Shown here one piece after another: positions 36,501 through 46,009 of a stretch of 64,000 bases of DNA (positions are counted from its first letter, which is position 1; every line of letters begins with the position of its first letter). The notes beneath the pieces were generated by a model. It had not been told where the DNA came from. It made no database searches and was given only the letters and a program-made list of their open reading frames with translations. Position numbers and translations under genes: made by a program. Origin of the DNA: Squalus acanthias (Eukaryota); the NCBI GenBank assembly GCA_030390025.1, contig CM059425.1, positions 168,766,001 to 168,830,000 of the forward strand, given 5' to 3'.

Positions 36501-39069
36501 AGTTCCACAGGTTCACCACCCTCTGAGTGAAGAGATTTCTCCTCATCTCAGTCCTAAATGTCCTACCCCGTATCCTGAGACTGTGACCCCTCGTTCTAGA
36601 CCCCCCAGCAAGGGGAAACATTCTCCCTGCATCTAGTCTCTCTAGCCCTGTCAGAATTTTATACATTTCAATGAGATCCCCTCTCATTCTTCTAAACTCT
36701 AGTGAATACAGGCCTAGTCGACCCAATCTCTCCTCATACGATAGTCCTGCCATCCCAGGAATCAGTCTGGTGAACCTTCGCTGCACTCCCTCTATGGCAA
36801 GTATATCCTTTCTTAGGTAAGGAGACCAAAACTGCACACAGTACTCCAGATGTGGTCTCACCAAGGCCCTGTACAACTGTAGTAAGACATCCTTGCTTCT
36901 GTACTGCTTGAATATGTTTTGTTTTCCATTTATTTGTGATTTGGACATATAAACACGCGAATTAATACTGGCATTTGCAGTAAGCATATAGATTTCTCCC
37001 TTTATAACAGGGATTTGGGGACAATTCTGTAACAACTCCCCTTTAGAAGTTTTAGTCCAGCAACCTGTTAGCTTTATATGGGAACAATTTTTATTTAATT
37101 TCAGAAGCTGAGCACCGTTCAGTAAAGAAAGCTGGACCTGGCATTGAGATGCATGAAATAGATGGTAAGTGTTCGTAGCATCTTTTAGTGCAAGTCTTTA
37201 ATTACAAAAAAGAGTTAAATTGTTCCATTTGAATAAATTAATAAGAAAATCATACAGTACAATAGGCAAGTTTTTTAAGTAATAATTGGATCTGTTGATT
37301 ATTGAAGCAAATTTGTACACTTGAAATTGTACACTAGATTTAACAAGTTTGTATCAAAGTTATTGGTGCAAACTTGAATTCTAAAATATTACTTAGATTC
37401 CAAAGGTTAATAATGACCATTCATATTCATATTTTTGTCAATTTTAAGCAACTGAAACATTCCTAGAAGCAGAAATAGAAGGCAAGATGAGATCGCCTGA
37501 TGTGTTGGAGAAGCATAAAAGCAAGAGTGTTCTCAAACAGTCCAGTACTGCAGTTTCTCCTATCCTTATTACATTATTGCTCATCATTCCTGTTGTGATG
37601 TTAGTGGGAATTGGCGTCTTCATCCACTGGCGAAAGGGCAAGATGTATGGAGGTACAGAACATGATTCATGATGTAAATACTTTCTTTTTTGAACGAGAA
37701 CTTATAAGCAAGTTCTAACTGTGTTTTATTGACTTTACCTACTTTAGCCATTAAACTATGAGATACACATATGCTGTTCATGCATCAAATTTATACACAC
37801 ATTTTTGATGGCAATGGCAAAATAGACATTGAGGAGACGAGTGTCACTGAGTTTGACACTGGTCTATCCCCCTTGGGACTTGAGTTCAAATTCAGACGAG
37901 ACTGATGAGATGAAAGTCTCCTCTGTCTGTAAGAACCCCATGTTAAATCTCAGTTTAGTTCCTAGAGCCAATTCTTCATTAATTCAGCAATCTTTCTCAA
38001 AATGTCTGATGTGGGAGATTGAAAATCTCACATAGGTCCAGTAGGGGATGTCCTTTAGAGATTGAGACGTGGGACTGAAGCACATTTTCTGAACAGAGTA
38101 AAGGGAGATTCACACTGCATCTAACCATACTAAATCTGATGGGGGACTACTTAGTAACATTTTCAGGCAGGAGAGACCTTTGGTCCATCTATCCACAGTA
38201 TTCCCTTGGTACATTTCTAATAACCTTGTATCCCATTTGTTGACAAGAATCCTGTCGTCTTAAGGTTTCTTTTTCCACCATCCATGCCGGTAATATGTTC
38301 CACATACTTACCACTCTTTTAGTAAAAAAGGATCCTCCTGCATTTCATATTTTCTTTTGCTGTCCTTAATTTGTGAGTTGGTATTTTAAATAGATCCTCC
38401 AAAAAAGTATTATTTGTTTCTCAGAAACTGCAGTCTGACATGCTTTATTTTATCTTTATTATAGAGGATCCTGACAGCAAATTGGAGTCAATACAGTCGT
38501 CGGGAGGAATCTTGGGGAGGCTTAGGGGTAAGGCAATTGTAAAATGAAGGCAAAATCATTTCCAGAATTAATGCTGTCTCCAGCGTTCACAAATCTCTCA
38601 ATTTTATGGTAATGCTGCAGCAACATTGCTGATTTTACATCAGCAAAAATGGGTTTGTTATAGACCAGTAAATGTACAAACACCAGTGCTTAATTAAGAC
38701 ATGCATTGTGAAAATTTGGTAATACACTTAAATGTCTTTCTTGACTTGAAATGATTGGTGCCAAAGGATTACGTACCCAGTACAAGGCAATGTTCTAAAC
38801 AAAGCTGGACAGCAGACAGTGGATCTAAGAGTTTTCTTATATTTTGCATATTCTGAGAGATTTAAAATACTTTATTTTTGACAGGAAAAAGCAGCCGAGG
38901 ACTAAACTTGGGGAACTTCTTTGCAAGCCACAGAGGTTATAGTCGAAAAGGTTTTGACAGATTGAGTACTGAAGGAAGCGATCAAGAAAAAGATGATGAG
39001 GAAGGCACTGACTCAGAAACAGAAGAGTATTCTGCACCACCACTTCCACCCACCACCTCGTCCTCCTGA
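3473..39069 (+). CDS. PAM: PAM, 3' part of gene (10 coding exons: PAL domain, TM segment, cytosolic tail); upstream exons lie outside the window
   Basis: Spliced translation SFDQKHIYQ...FYLPHG...[11 protein letters not shown]...DGYCNSRI...PHSL...[12 protein letters not shown]...MPHDIV...EHRSVKKAG...TM...[31 protein letters not shown]...SSS* matches vertebrate PAM. All introns are GT-AG with compatible phases. Confidence 0.97.
4759..5720. mobile_element. Penelope-like (GIY-YIG) element, fold-back inverted structure
   Basis: Minus strand 5166-5252 encodes [28 protein letters not shown]; about 4787-5217 is inverted at about 5255-5720; 14-bp TSD AGAAAATTAGATTG at 4745-4758 and 5721-5734. Confidence 0.9.
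5621..5656 (+). ncRNA. Minimal type-I hammerhead ribozyme motif (mirror copy 4851-4886 on - strand)
   Basis: agtt-CTGACGA-agggtttcgacct-GAAA-cgtt-aact: stem I agtt/aact, stem II agg/cct, palindromic AACGTT stem III. Confidence 0.7.
5850..6400 (-). mobile_element. Degenerate CR1 3' fragment
   Basis: NLWNKLP...SKRELDVF remnant. Confidence 0.5.
7690..7762 (+). CDS. PAM: PAM exon (73 bp) [24 protein letters not shown]
   Basis: ttacag acceptor, gtagga donor; PHG zinc-ligand motif of PAL. Confidence 0.95.
7791..8991 (-). mobile_element. PIF/Harbinger element with HARBI1-like transposase pseudogene
   Basis: [43 protein letters not shown]; imperfect TIRs GGGGTGGAAATTG / CAATTTCGCGGCC. Confidence 0.85.
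9130..9895 (+). mobile_element. Non-LTR retrotransposon 3' part, a distinct CR1-group family (other copies about 24055-24150 +, 34378-34955 -, 44960-46345 +, 58875-59212 +)
   Basis: Shared [30 protein letters not shown] and SF.VAGSKSWNSL motifs, and a shared 3' end caccaccttctc...aataaatgctggccttgccag. Confidence 0.78.
10018..10222 (+). CDS. PAM: PAM exon (205 bp) [10 protein letters not shown]...[43 protein letters not shown]
   Basis: aaatag acceptor, gtacgg donor; catalytic Tyr motif DGYCNSR. Confidence 0.96.
10257..10605 (+). mobile_element. Same SINE family, headless copy 35 nt downstream of a PAM exon (further 3' piece about 28205-28393, - strand)
   Basis: Reverse-complement similarity to 45559-45890. 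Confidence 0.8.
11221..13700 (-). mobile_element. CR1 LINE, 5'-truncated, with uninterrupted 577-aa RT and C-terminal ORF (11301-13034)
   Basis: [37 protein letters not shown] and KFADDTK motifs; endonuclease tail (GDSDHN) upstream in another frame; short-repeat 3' tail. Confidence 0.95.
13735..14790. mobile_element. Harbinger-type non-autonomous elements (similar GC-rich segments at about 77-920 and 2555-3136)
   Basis: Shared subterminal motifs (gggttaaaatt..cc, gcgcatgcgc, aggtaagtttattttt) with the MITEs above; ends poorly defined. Confidence 0.55.
15379..15920 (-). repeat. 3' LTR
   Basis: Same as the 5' LTR by eye except G15560 vs A21269; minus-strand AATAAA at 15433-15438; preceded by the purine tract AAACAGGAGGGAC. 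Confidence 0.93.
15968..16620 (-). pseudogene. env-like fragment B (signal peptide, RRLKR, SU N-terminus; no TM)
   Basis: Hydrophobic [12 protein letters not shown], Cys-rich ectodomain, [23 protein letters not shown], then frameshift to [18 protein letters not shown]; located between IN and the PPT. Confidence 0.6.
16760..17366 (-). pseudogene. Integrase catalytic core
   Basis: [15 protein letters not shown]...[15 protein letters not shown]...RWG(frameshift in G run)[13 protein letters not shown]...[23 protein letters not shown] triad present. Confidence 0.92.
17535..18060 (-). pseudogene. env-like fragment A (Cys-rich region, helical region, WW motif, TM)
   Basis: [10 protein letters not shown]...GGASCVTT...[63 protein letters not shown]; contains stops and frameshifts. 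Confidence 0.5.
19530..19725 (-). pseudogene. Reverse transcriptase fragments (motif A fused to thumb)
   Basis: [31 protein letters not shown] joined directly to [19 protein letters not shown]; frameshifted. Confidence 0.85.
20050..20366 (-). pseudogene. gag-like N-terminal fragment
   Basis: ATG-initiated [16 protein letters not shown]...coiled-coil [17 protein letters not shown] at the expected position after the leader; runs into AT-rich non-coding sequence. Confidence 0.55.
21067..21084 (-). promoter_or_regulatory. Primer-binding site, tRNA-Ser type
   Basis: TGGCGCTGCGAGCAGGGT, 3 nt inside the 5' LTR boundary; complementary to the 3' end of vertebrate tRNA-Ser(UGA/CGA) as recalled, with 1-2 mismatches. 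Confidence 0.75.
21088..21629 (-). repeat. 5' LTR
   Basis: Minus strand TGAAAGGG...CCCCAACA, followed by ATT and the PBS. Confidence 0.93.
21996..22205 (+). CDS. PAM: PAM exon (210 bp) [19 protein letters not shown]...[12 protein letters not shown]...YTPDN
   Basis: ttgcag acceptor, gtaata donor; PHS and DRENG motifs. Confidence 0.96.
22370..22466 (-). mobile_element. Old Penelope-like terminal remnant with decayed hammerhead core
   Basis: Minus strand CTGATGAagggttacatacctAAAAc in a context similar to 4790-4886. Confidence 0.45.
22490..23885 (-). mobile_element. CR1 fragments (about 22490-22795 and 23050-23885) separated by GA-rich sequence
   Basis: [34 protein letters not shown]...WNSLP...GEWD. 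Confidence 0.88.
24488..24606 (+). CDS. PAM: PAM exon (119 bp) [40 protein letters not shown]
   Basis: ttttag acceptor, gtattt donor; PVQGFV-NFT matches PAL including the N-glycosylation sequon. Confidence 0.95.
24825..26365 (+). mobile_element. CR1 fragment with a nested opposite-strand CR1 (about 25388-25998)
   Basis: [17 protein letters not shown] on +; [14 protein letters not shown] on -; attctatg tail at 26343-26366. Confidence 0.9.
26675..27470. mobile_element. Two short degenerate CR1 pieces (26675-26860 +, 27175-27470 -) around a MITE-like segment
   Basis: [13 protein letters not shown]...FKRELEK; similarity to other CR1 copies in the window. Confidence 0.6.
30037..30136 (+). CDS. 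PAM: PAM exon (100 bp) [33 protein letters not shown]
   Basis: cttaag acceptor, gtaagc donor; PHD metal-ligand motif. Confidence 0.95.
30965..33020 (-). mobile_element. CR1 LINE fragment, frameshifted
   Basis: [26 protein letters not shown] and [11 protein letters not shown] pieces. Confidence 0.9.
31516..31776. mobile_element. Harbinger-type MITE nested in CR1
   Basis: Interrupts the CR1 sequence; 3-bp AAT duplication on both sides; imperfect GG...TTAA / TTAAAATCAGGGCC ends. Confidence 0.6.
33205..33780 (-). mobile_element. CR1 3' fragment
   Basis: [16 protein letters not shown]...WNTLP. Confidence 0.88.
33815..34076. mobile_element. Tc1/mariner (Tigger/pogo-like) MITE
   Basis: TIRs CAGTAAACTCTT...AAGAGTTTACTG, imperfect out to about 23 bp, flanked by TA on both sides. 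Confidence 0.85.
35395..36060 (+). mobile_element. Degenerate L2 fragments
   Basis: Similar to the RT start at 63730-63950; L2-like tail ggcgctatataaatgca. Confidence 0.7.
36335..36905 (-). mobile_element. CR1 3' fragment
   Basis: [28 protein letters not shown]...WNSLP. Confidence 0.9.
37105..37164 (+). CDS. PAM: PAM exon (60 bp) [20 protein letters not shown]
   Basis: tttcag acceptor, gtaagt donor; conserved EHRSVKKAG dibasic cleavage site. Confidence 0.94.
37449..37652 (+). CDS. PAM: PAM transmembrane exon (204 bp)
   Basis: tttaag acceptor, gtacag donor; hydrophobic [21 protein letters not shown] followed by HWRKGK. Confidence 0.92.
37835..38135 (+). mobile_element. LF-SINE-like relic
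   Basis: gttcaaattcag...gaaagtc, ccatgttaaatctcagtttagttcctag and tgaagcacatt appear in the order recalled for the LF-SINE consensus. Confidence 0.45.
38465..38527 (+). CDS. PAM: PAM cytosolic exon (63 bp) [21 protein letters not shown]
   Basis: polypyrimidine plus atag acceptor, gtaagg donor; resembles human DSEHKLETSSGRVLGRFR. Confidence 0.9.
38885..39069 (+). CDS. PAM: PAM terminal coding exon [61 protein letters not shown]
   Basis: tgacag acceptor; TGA at 39067-39069; near-identical to the PAM cytosolic trafficking domain. Confidence 0.97.
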
Positions 39070-39743
39070 AATATGCTGATTCCAATTTGATCTAATAACG
39101 ATGACAATACATTGAGTTCCCATTTTGTTTCCCTAAAAGCAGATATATTCAGGATATGTGTTTGATAGTAACTGTACTAATCTGTTTTGGCTATACAACA
39201 TTTATGTTTTTATTTATTTGTGGAGCCTTTCATATCATGCTATTGCTACCATATCTAAACAGTCAAGCCGGTTTTATTCTTGGGACCAGCTATTGTCTGA
39301 ATACTGAAGCAAAATCTACTGCTTTGGGCCATAATGAATAACCTTTAATTGTTACTGCCTTACTTTGCTGGAGCTATAAACCTGTGTTGGTGAGTCAGTC
39401 ACTTTTCTCTGCTCGAGGTGTAGCATTTGGCTACTGTCCTGTCTGGCACTTTAGTTTGATATTTCCAGTGTGTAAGTAATATTGTGCCTTCTCTATCAAG
39501 CATCCTCAGTCTACTGTAGTCCAATTATGCCACAAAAGGGAAGCAAAGCTGCTACTTTTTGTCTTGGTTTCTATCTATAACTGTCCTGTTTACTGAAGAG
39601 AAAACTGTATATACAGAGATAAGGATTCTGTATTTACAGCAAAAATCATTTTTGATGTATTCATAAGTGTCAAACTTCAATTATGGGGGGGAAATTGTTA
39701 TATTGTCAGAACACTATTTTCGGTCGCTGAATGTAATTTGTGT

Positions 39744-39749
39744 AATAAA
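39744..39749 (+). terminator. Candidate PAM polyadenylation signal
   Basis: AATAAA about 675 nt after the stop, within a repeat-free AT-rich 3' UTR, before repeats resume near 40075. Confidence 0.6.
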
Positions 39750-40074
39750 GTGTTTGCGAGCATTACTCATTTTATACAGGCATCATTCATGTGGGTCTTA
39801 CACATTTTCAAGGTTGGAACTAGTTCTATGCATTGTGTCATTTTTGAGTGTGCAGATGAAGGTGAGCTGCAAGCTTCTGACACAGACCTTTTCACCTGGT
39901 CTGGTGAAGGAATATATTTGTAGTCCAAAGTAGTAATCATACAAAGTTCTTAAAACTTACACAAGGCAAACTTACACTGCATGACAATTTACAGAGTTGT
40001 CGCCTAAGTTTACTGATTACACTGAATTGCAAATGATTGCTACAGTTTTTCATTGATTTATTTTAGTCTGAGAA

Positions 40075-40728
40075 ACAGGGCAGGTTGAGAAAGCAGTTAA
40101 AAAAGCTTACAGGATCCTGGGCTTCATGAATAGAGGTATAGAGTACAAAAGCGTGGAAATTATGATGAACCTTTATAAAACACTGGTTCGGCCTCAACTG
40201 GAGTATTATGTCCAATTCTGGGCACCATACTTTAGGAATAATGTGAAGGCCTTAGGGTGCAGGAAAGATTTACGAGAATGATTCCAGGGATGAGGGACTT
40301 CAGTTACGTGGATAGACTGGGGTTGTTCTCCTTAGAGCAGAGAAGATTGAGAGGAGATTTGATAGAGGTGTTCAAAATCATGAGGGGTCTGGCCAGAGTA
40401 GATAGAGAGAAACTGTTCCCATTGGTAGAAGGGTCGAGAACCAGAGGAAACAGATTTAAGGTGATTGGCAAAAGAACCAAAGGCAACATGAGGAAAAACC
40501 TTTTTACTCAGCGAGTGGTTAGGATCTGGAATGCACTGCCTGAAAGTGGTGGAGGCAGACTCAATCACAGCTTTCAAAAGGGAGCTGGATAAGTACCTGA
40601 AGGAAAAACAATTGCAGGGCTACAGGGAAAGGGTGGGGGAGTGGGACTAGCTGAAGTGCACTGCCGAGAGCCGGCATGGGCTAGACGGGCTGAATGGCCT
40701 TCTTCCGTGCTGTAACCATTCTATGATT
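40075..40728 (+). mobile_element. CR1 3' fragment, followed by a SINE tRNA-head fragment (about 40729-40806, - strand)
   Basis: RFTRMIPGM...[13 protein letters not shown]; attctatgatt tail. Confidence 0.88.
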
Positions 40729-41168
40729 AAGTCTCTGGTGTGAAGCTTGAACCCACAACCTTCAGACTCAGAGGCAAGAGTGCTATCACTGAGCTACGGT
40801 TGAGACTTAACAATAAAGCTTGCAACGTCTCAGATATTAGGGGGTGATGTGGGGGTGGATGATAGCACAGGGGATGGTGTTAGTCCCCAAAAAGGCCATG
40901 CAAAGAAAAGGGGCCAGAAAATACCTGGAGTTGGGAAACTGGGAAGGGGAGAGATGTGTGGGGGCTGGAAAATACCTGGGGGAGAGACAGAGATCTGACA
41001 CACTAGCAGGATATAAAACCTGCTGCTTAATTGGGGCAACAGCAGCATTGGAGGAAACAGCAACCTGGGCAACAAGGATTGCAGCCAGATTGAAAAACGC
41101 ATGGCAAACTTTATGGAGCTGGGTCTGCACATTCTCGTAATGGAGAGGTGGAGCAAGAAAAATGAGTT

Positions 41169-41938
41169 ACAATAGCAAAACGCTGTGGATGCTGGAAATC
41201 TGAAATAACAACAGAAAATGCTGGAAACACTCAGCAGGTCAGGCAGCATCGAGGAGAGAGAAACCGAGTTAACATAGAAACATAGAAGATAGGAGCAGGA
41301 GTAGGCCATTCGGCCCCTCGAGCCTGCTCCGCCATTCGATGAGATCATGGCTGATCATCCAAACTCAGTACCCTGTACCTGCCTTCTCCCCATATCCCTT
41401 GATACCTTTAGCTTTAAGAAATATATCTAACTCATTCTTGAATATATTTAATGACTTGGCCTCAGCTACCTTCTGTGGTGGAGAATTCCACAGGTTCACC
41501 ACTCTCCGGGTGAAGAAATTCTTCCTCATTTCTGTCCTAAATGGCTTACCCCTTATCCTTAGATTATGACCCCTGGTTCTGGACTCTCTGACCATCGGGA
41601 ACATTCTTCCTGCATCTAGTTTGTCCAGACCTGTCAGAATTTTATATGTTTCGATGAGATCCCCTCTCATTCTTCTATACTCCAGCGAGTATAAGCCCAA
41701 TCGACCCAATCTCTCCTCATATGTCATTCCTGCCATCCCAGGTATCAGCCTTGTGAATCTTCGCTGAACTCCTTCCGTGGCAAGAACATCCTTCCTCAGA
41801 TAAGGCACCAAAACTGCACACAGTACTCAAGGTGTGGTCTCACCAAGGCCCTGTACAGGTCGACCCGAAACGTTAACTCTGTTTCTCCTCGATGCTGTCT
41901 GACCTGCTGAGTGTTTCCAGCATTTTCTGTTATTATTT
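41169..41938. mobile_element. Penelope-like fold-back remnant interrupted by a CR1 3' fragment (about 41272-41858, - strand)
   Basis: Arms resemble the 4759-5720 element and are mutually inverted; degenerate TSD AAGAAAAATGAGTT / AAGAAGAATGAGTT at 41155-68 and 41939-52. Confidence 0.75.
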
Positions 41939-43429
41939 AAGAAGAATGAGTTGTTTGGTGTCGGGGCCTGTAGATGTCAAGAATACAGTATGCACTTATT
42001 AAAATTAGGGAGCTGTGGTAGTGAGTGCCACCTCCTTAACCTTCAGGATTCCTTTGGTGCAGGAAGAAGTTTAACAACTTCAGCAGAACAGTCAAGGTAA
42101 GTTACCTAACCCTTGCATTCTGATTATATATGTGGCATTGCTTCATTAATTACCCTCATGGTACAGGAGGAATCAGAGGTGAAAGTGGCATCTGACTGGG
42201 GAGCGAAGACTGCAGAAGTCAGCCGCGAGCTCCTGAACGTGCAGACTCAGTTCTCTGGGATTCTACTGTAAATAGGAAGATGCTGGATGAGCATCACACT
42301 CACTTGGAGATACAGGACCATTTCAAAGGACCCAGGAGAGATGTCAGGGTGAAGTCCAATGCAATCCTCATTGCTAATAGCCGAGAAAGATTCAACACAA
42401 TGCAGTGCTATGTGGAAGGGGTGGTGATGTCACAAACCTCTGTACACATCCCTCCTGACAGGCCCTCAGACCAGTCAATGTATCTAAACTGGATGCTTTG
42501 ACCACTGTTTTCGAATCTTGGGAGACTGGAGTGAATGATGGAAAGTAGCTTACAAAAACTTCTGGTGACATCTCCGAATTTGCATTGTCTCAAGGATGAC
42601 ATCAGGTCTGCCTGCTTGCTGATGAGTAGACACTGAGATGCAGGACCCAGGTGTGGTTAAAGTCTGCCTCTATTTGGCCATCTTCTTTTCTGATGACCGC
42701 TCACGTGACCTTTGTAGCAAGCTCCCTGAGAGTAATGTTCCCACTAAGCCGCGCAGTCATCTGCAAGTTCCCTGCAGGCCGCTCATCGTTGTAGATACTG
42801 CGCATGGGGGAGGCAGGCCGCTTACGGGGGACATTGCCTGAGATCCTAAGAGGCTCGTTAAACCACAGCACAGACGAGCACCACTGGCTCTCGGGTATCA
42901 CCTTCACGCAGCACCAGGATATGTTTAAGAACAGTGTAGACTGAAGATGGAAGTATTTCCTTAAAGGGGTTAGAGGTGGCAATCCAACAGGAGAGTGGCT
43001 ACTGAGCAACTGGCAATGAGTGGGAAGTTTTTATGGAGCCAAGAGGAGTATTCAAGCTCCTATACCTACAGAATTCAGCAGCACCACTTTTTGTTCCTGT
43101 TTTGGGAGCAGCCTGCAGCGGTCCCTTTAAGGACTGCTAGTTGGGTTGCTTTACGTCCAGCTCCTCTAGGTGCAGCGCATACTCTGTTCATTTGTGCTTC
43201 AAAATTGCGTTGGGGTCCTACAAACGGCGTAAGACCCCAAATTAACTAATTTAAAATGGCTCTCGCCTAATTCAGGCAAGAGCGTTGGCTGCCCATTTTG
43301 TAGCCCGCTCAAAAATTGAGTCAGGTGGACTTTATGCGATTAGTGAGCGGCCTACTGCCGCATTTTTCAGCGTGAATGGATCAGCAGGCAGATGAAAATA
43401 ACCCTCCATAATCTGTGGAGAGGAGCAAG

Positions 43430-44195
43430 AAGCTAGGAACTGTGGATGAACAGAGATTTAGGGGTCTAAGTAGAGAAATCACTGAAAGTTAGTGCACAGG
43501 TACAAAACATAATTTAAAATGCTAATGGAATGTTGGCCTTTATCTCAAGGGGGCTGGACTACAAAGGGATAGAAGTTACGTTACAGCTATACAGAGCTCA
43601 GGTGAGACACCCATCTGCAATATTACATTTTGTTCTGGGCACCACACCTCGGAAAGGATATAATGGCCTTGGAGAAGGTGTTGCGCAGATTCACCAGAAT
43701 GATACCTGGGCTAAAAGGGTTAAATTATGAAGACAGACACATAGACTAAGCTTGTACTCCCTTGAACATAGAAGATTTAAGGGGTGATCTAGTTGAGATA
43801 TTTAAGATGATTAAAGGATTTGATAGGGTAGATAGAAACTATTTCCTCTGGTGGGAGAGTCCCGAACTAGGAGGCATAACCTTAAAATTAGAGCTAGGCT
43901 GTTCAGGAGAGAAGCACTTCACACAAAGGCTAGTGGAAATGTGGAATTCTTTCCACCTTGCACCCACCCCCCCGCCCCCCATACACACACACACACACAC
44001 AAAATCTGTTGAGACTATGTCAATTGAAAATTTCAAAACAGATTCATAGATTTTTGTTAGGCAAGGGAATTCAGGGTTACGGAACCAAGGCGGGTAGATG
44101 GAGGTAAGATGTTAAGCATTCAGTTAGATCAGCCATGATCTAATTGAATGCTGGAACAGGCTCGAGGGGCTGAATGGCCTATTCATGTTCCTATG
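43430..44195 (+). mobile_element. Degenerate CR1 3' fragment
   Basis: [13 protein letters not shown]...RGDLVEIFKMIKGFDRVD. Confidence 0.8.
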
Positions 44196-45558
44196 TAATA
44201 AAAATTACTGATAGGCATGTTTTTAACTCTTATCTGTAATGTTTAAGCATACATTAGTTTTGAATTTCCTTTGGTGTTTTATCTCATATTTATAAATGTC
44301 TTATCAGTACTGCCAACCCCACCGTCTCTCAAATCATGAGACAAACTCTTTAAAAATCATGAGAATTGGTAAGAAATCATAAGTTGCTAATTTTTGGTTT
44401 ATAAACCTCATTAGTGGCTTTATTTAATCTCTTAACAGGTCACAGCTCTTTACAAAAACTATATTACTGCATCTGAAAATGCTTTAAAAATCTTTTTAAA
44501 AATCCTATCCGTTATCACTGCCCTTTGCGTTGGGGTAAATTTTCATTAAAAATCACGTGTCTTGCGATTAATTTGCGAGAATTGAATATTCAATGTAATA
44601 AATAGCTGCAATTACTTGGATTTGACCTTTTAGAACAGACACAGGCCAGGTTTGCAGCTACATAACACAAACGTACTCCAGATCTGACACTAAGTGCAAG
44701 CAAAAACCATGAGAGGTATGCCTACTGTTGGTTTAAAAGTGTGAAGTATTTACATGAGTCTCATGGACAAAACACCTCCCATATATTCAAATGGGTGTGC
44801 AATTTTTCCACTTTTGATTAAAAAATCTCACTCTTAACATTTCATGATGGTGACAGGTCTGTAATGTTTACAAAATTTTATTTTGCTATCAAGATCCTGT
44901 ACTCCAGAAGTGCCTCAGCTCTCTTTGTGGTTTAGGTGCATCCACTACTATTGCAGTAGTTGTTGGTCAATCATCACAGCCCCAGGGCAGTGTCCTCGGC
45001 CCAACCATCTTCAGCTGCTTCATCAATTACTTTCCCTCCAACATAAGGTCAGAAATGGGGATGTTCGCTGATGACTGCACAGTGTTCAGCGCCATTCACA
45101 ACTCCTCAGATAATGAAGCAGTCCATGTCCACATGACCTGGACAATGTTCAGGCTTGGGCTGATAAGTGGCAGGTAACATTTACGCCACAGAAGTGCCAG
45201 GCAATGACTATCTCCAACAAGCGAGAGTCTAACCACCGCCACTTGACATTCAATGGCATTACCATCAACATCCATAACTGGACCAGCCACATAACTACTG
45301 TGGCAACAAGAGCAGGTCAGAGGCTAGGTATTCTACATCGAGTGTCTTACCTCCTGACTCCCCAAAGCCTTTCCACCATCTACAAGGCACGAGTAAGGAG
45401 TGTGATGGAATACTCTCCACTTGCCTGGGATGAGTGCAGCTCCACTAGCACTCAAGAAGCTCGATACCATCCATGGCAAAGCAGCCCGCTTGATTGGTAC
45501 CCCATCCACCACTTTAAGCATTCACTCCCTCCCTCCACCACCAGCGTACCGTGGCTGC

Positions 45559-46009
45559 AAAGACAAGACTTACATTTATATAGCGCCTTTCACGACCACC
45601 GGACATCTCAAAGCACTTTACAGCCAATGAAGTATTTTTGAAGTGTAGTCACTGTTGTAATGTGGGAAACGCTGCAGCCAATTTGTGCACAGCAAGGTCC
45701 CACAAATGTGATAATGACCAGATAATCTATTTGTGTTAAGGGATAAGTATTGGCCAGAACACCGTGGATAATTCCCCTGCTCTTCTTCGAAATAGTGCAA
45801 TGGGATCTTTTACGTCCACCTGAGAGAGCAGACATGACCTGGTTTAATGTCTCATCCGAAAGACAGCACCTCCGACAGTGCAGCACTCTCTCAACACTGC
45901 ACTGGAGTGTCAGACTAGCTTTATGTGCTCAAGTCCCTGGAGTGGGATTTGAACCCATAACCTTCTGATTCAGAAGCAAGTGTGCTACCAACTGAGCCAC
46001 AGCTGACAC
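45559..46009 (-). mobile_element. Full-length tRNA-derived Deu-domain SINE (SacSINE1/AmnSINE-like) nested in a LINE
   Basis: A box TGGCTCAGTTGG, B box GGTTCAAATCC, Deu-like core GCTGCACTGTCGGAGGTGCTGTCTTTCGGATGAGAC, L2-like tail. Confidence 0.82.

Noticed and set aside
42000..43407. Possible Harbinger Myb/SANT gene remnant
   Set aside because: Only a TIR-like end and vague composition; no convincing protein motif.
45935..46009. tRNA-like sequence with A and B boxes
   Set aside because: It is the SINE head and continues directly into the Deu core and tail.
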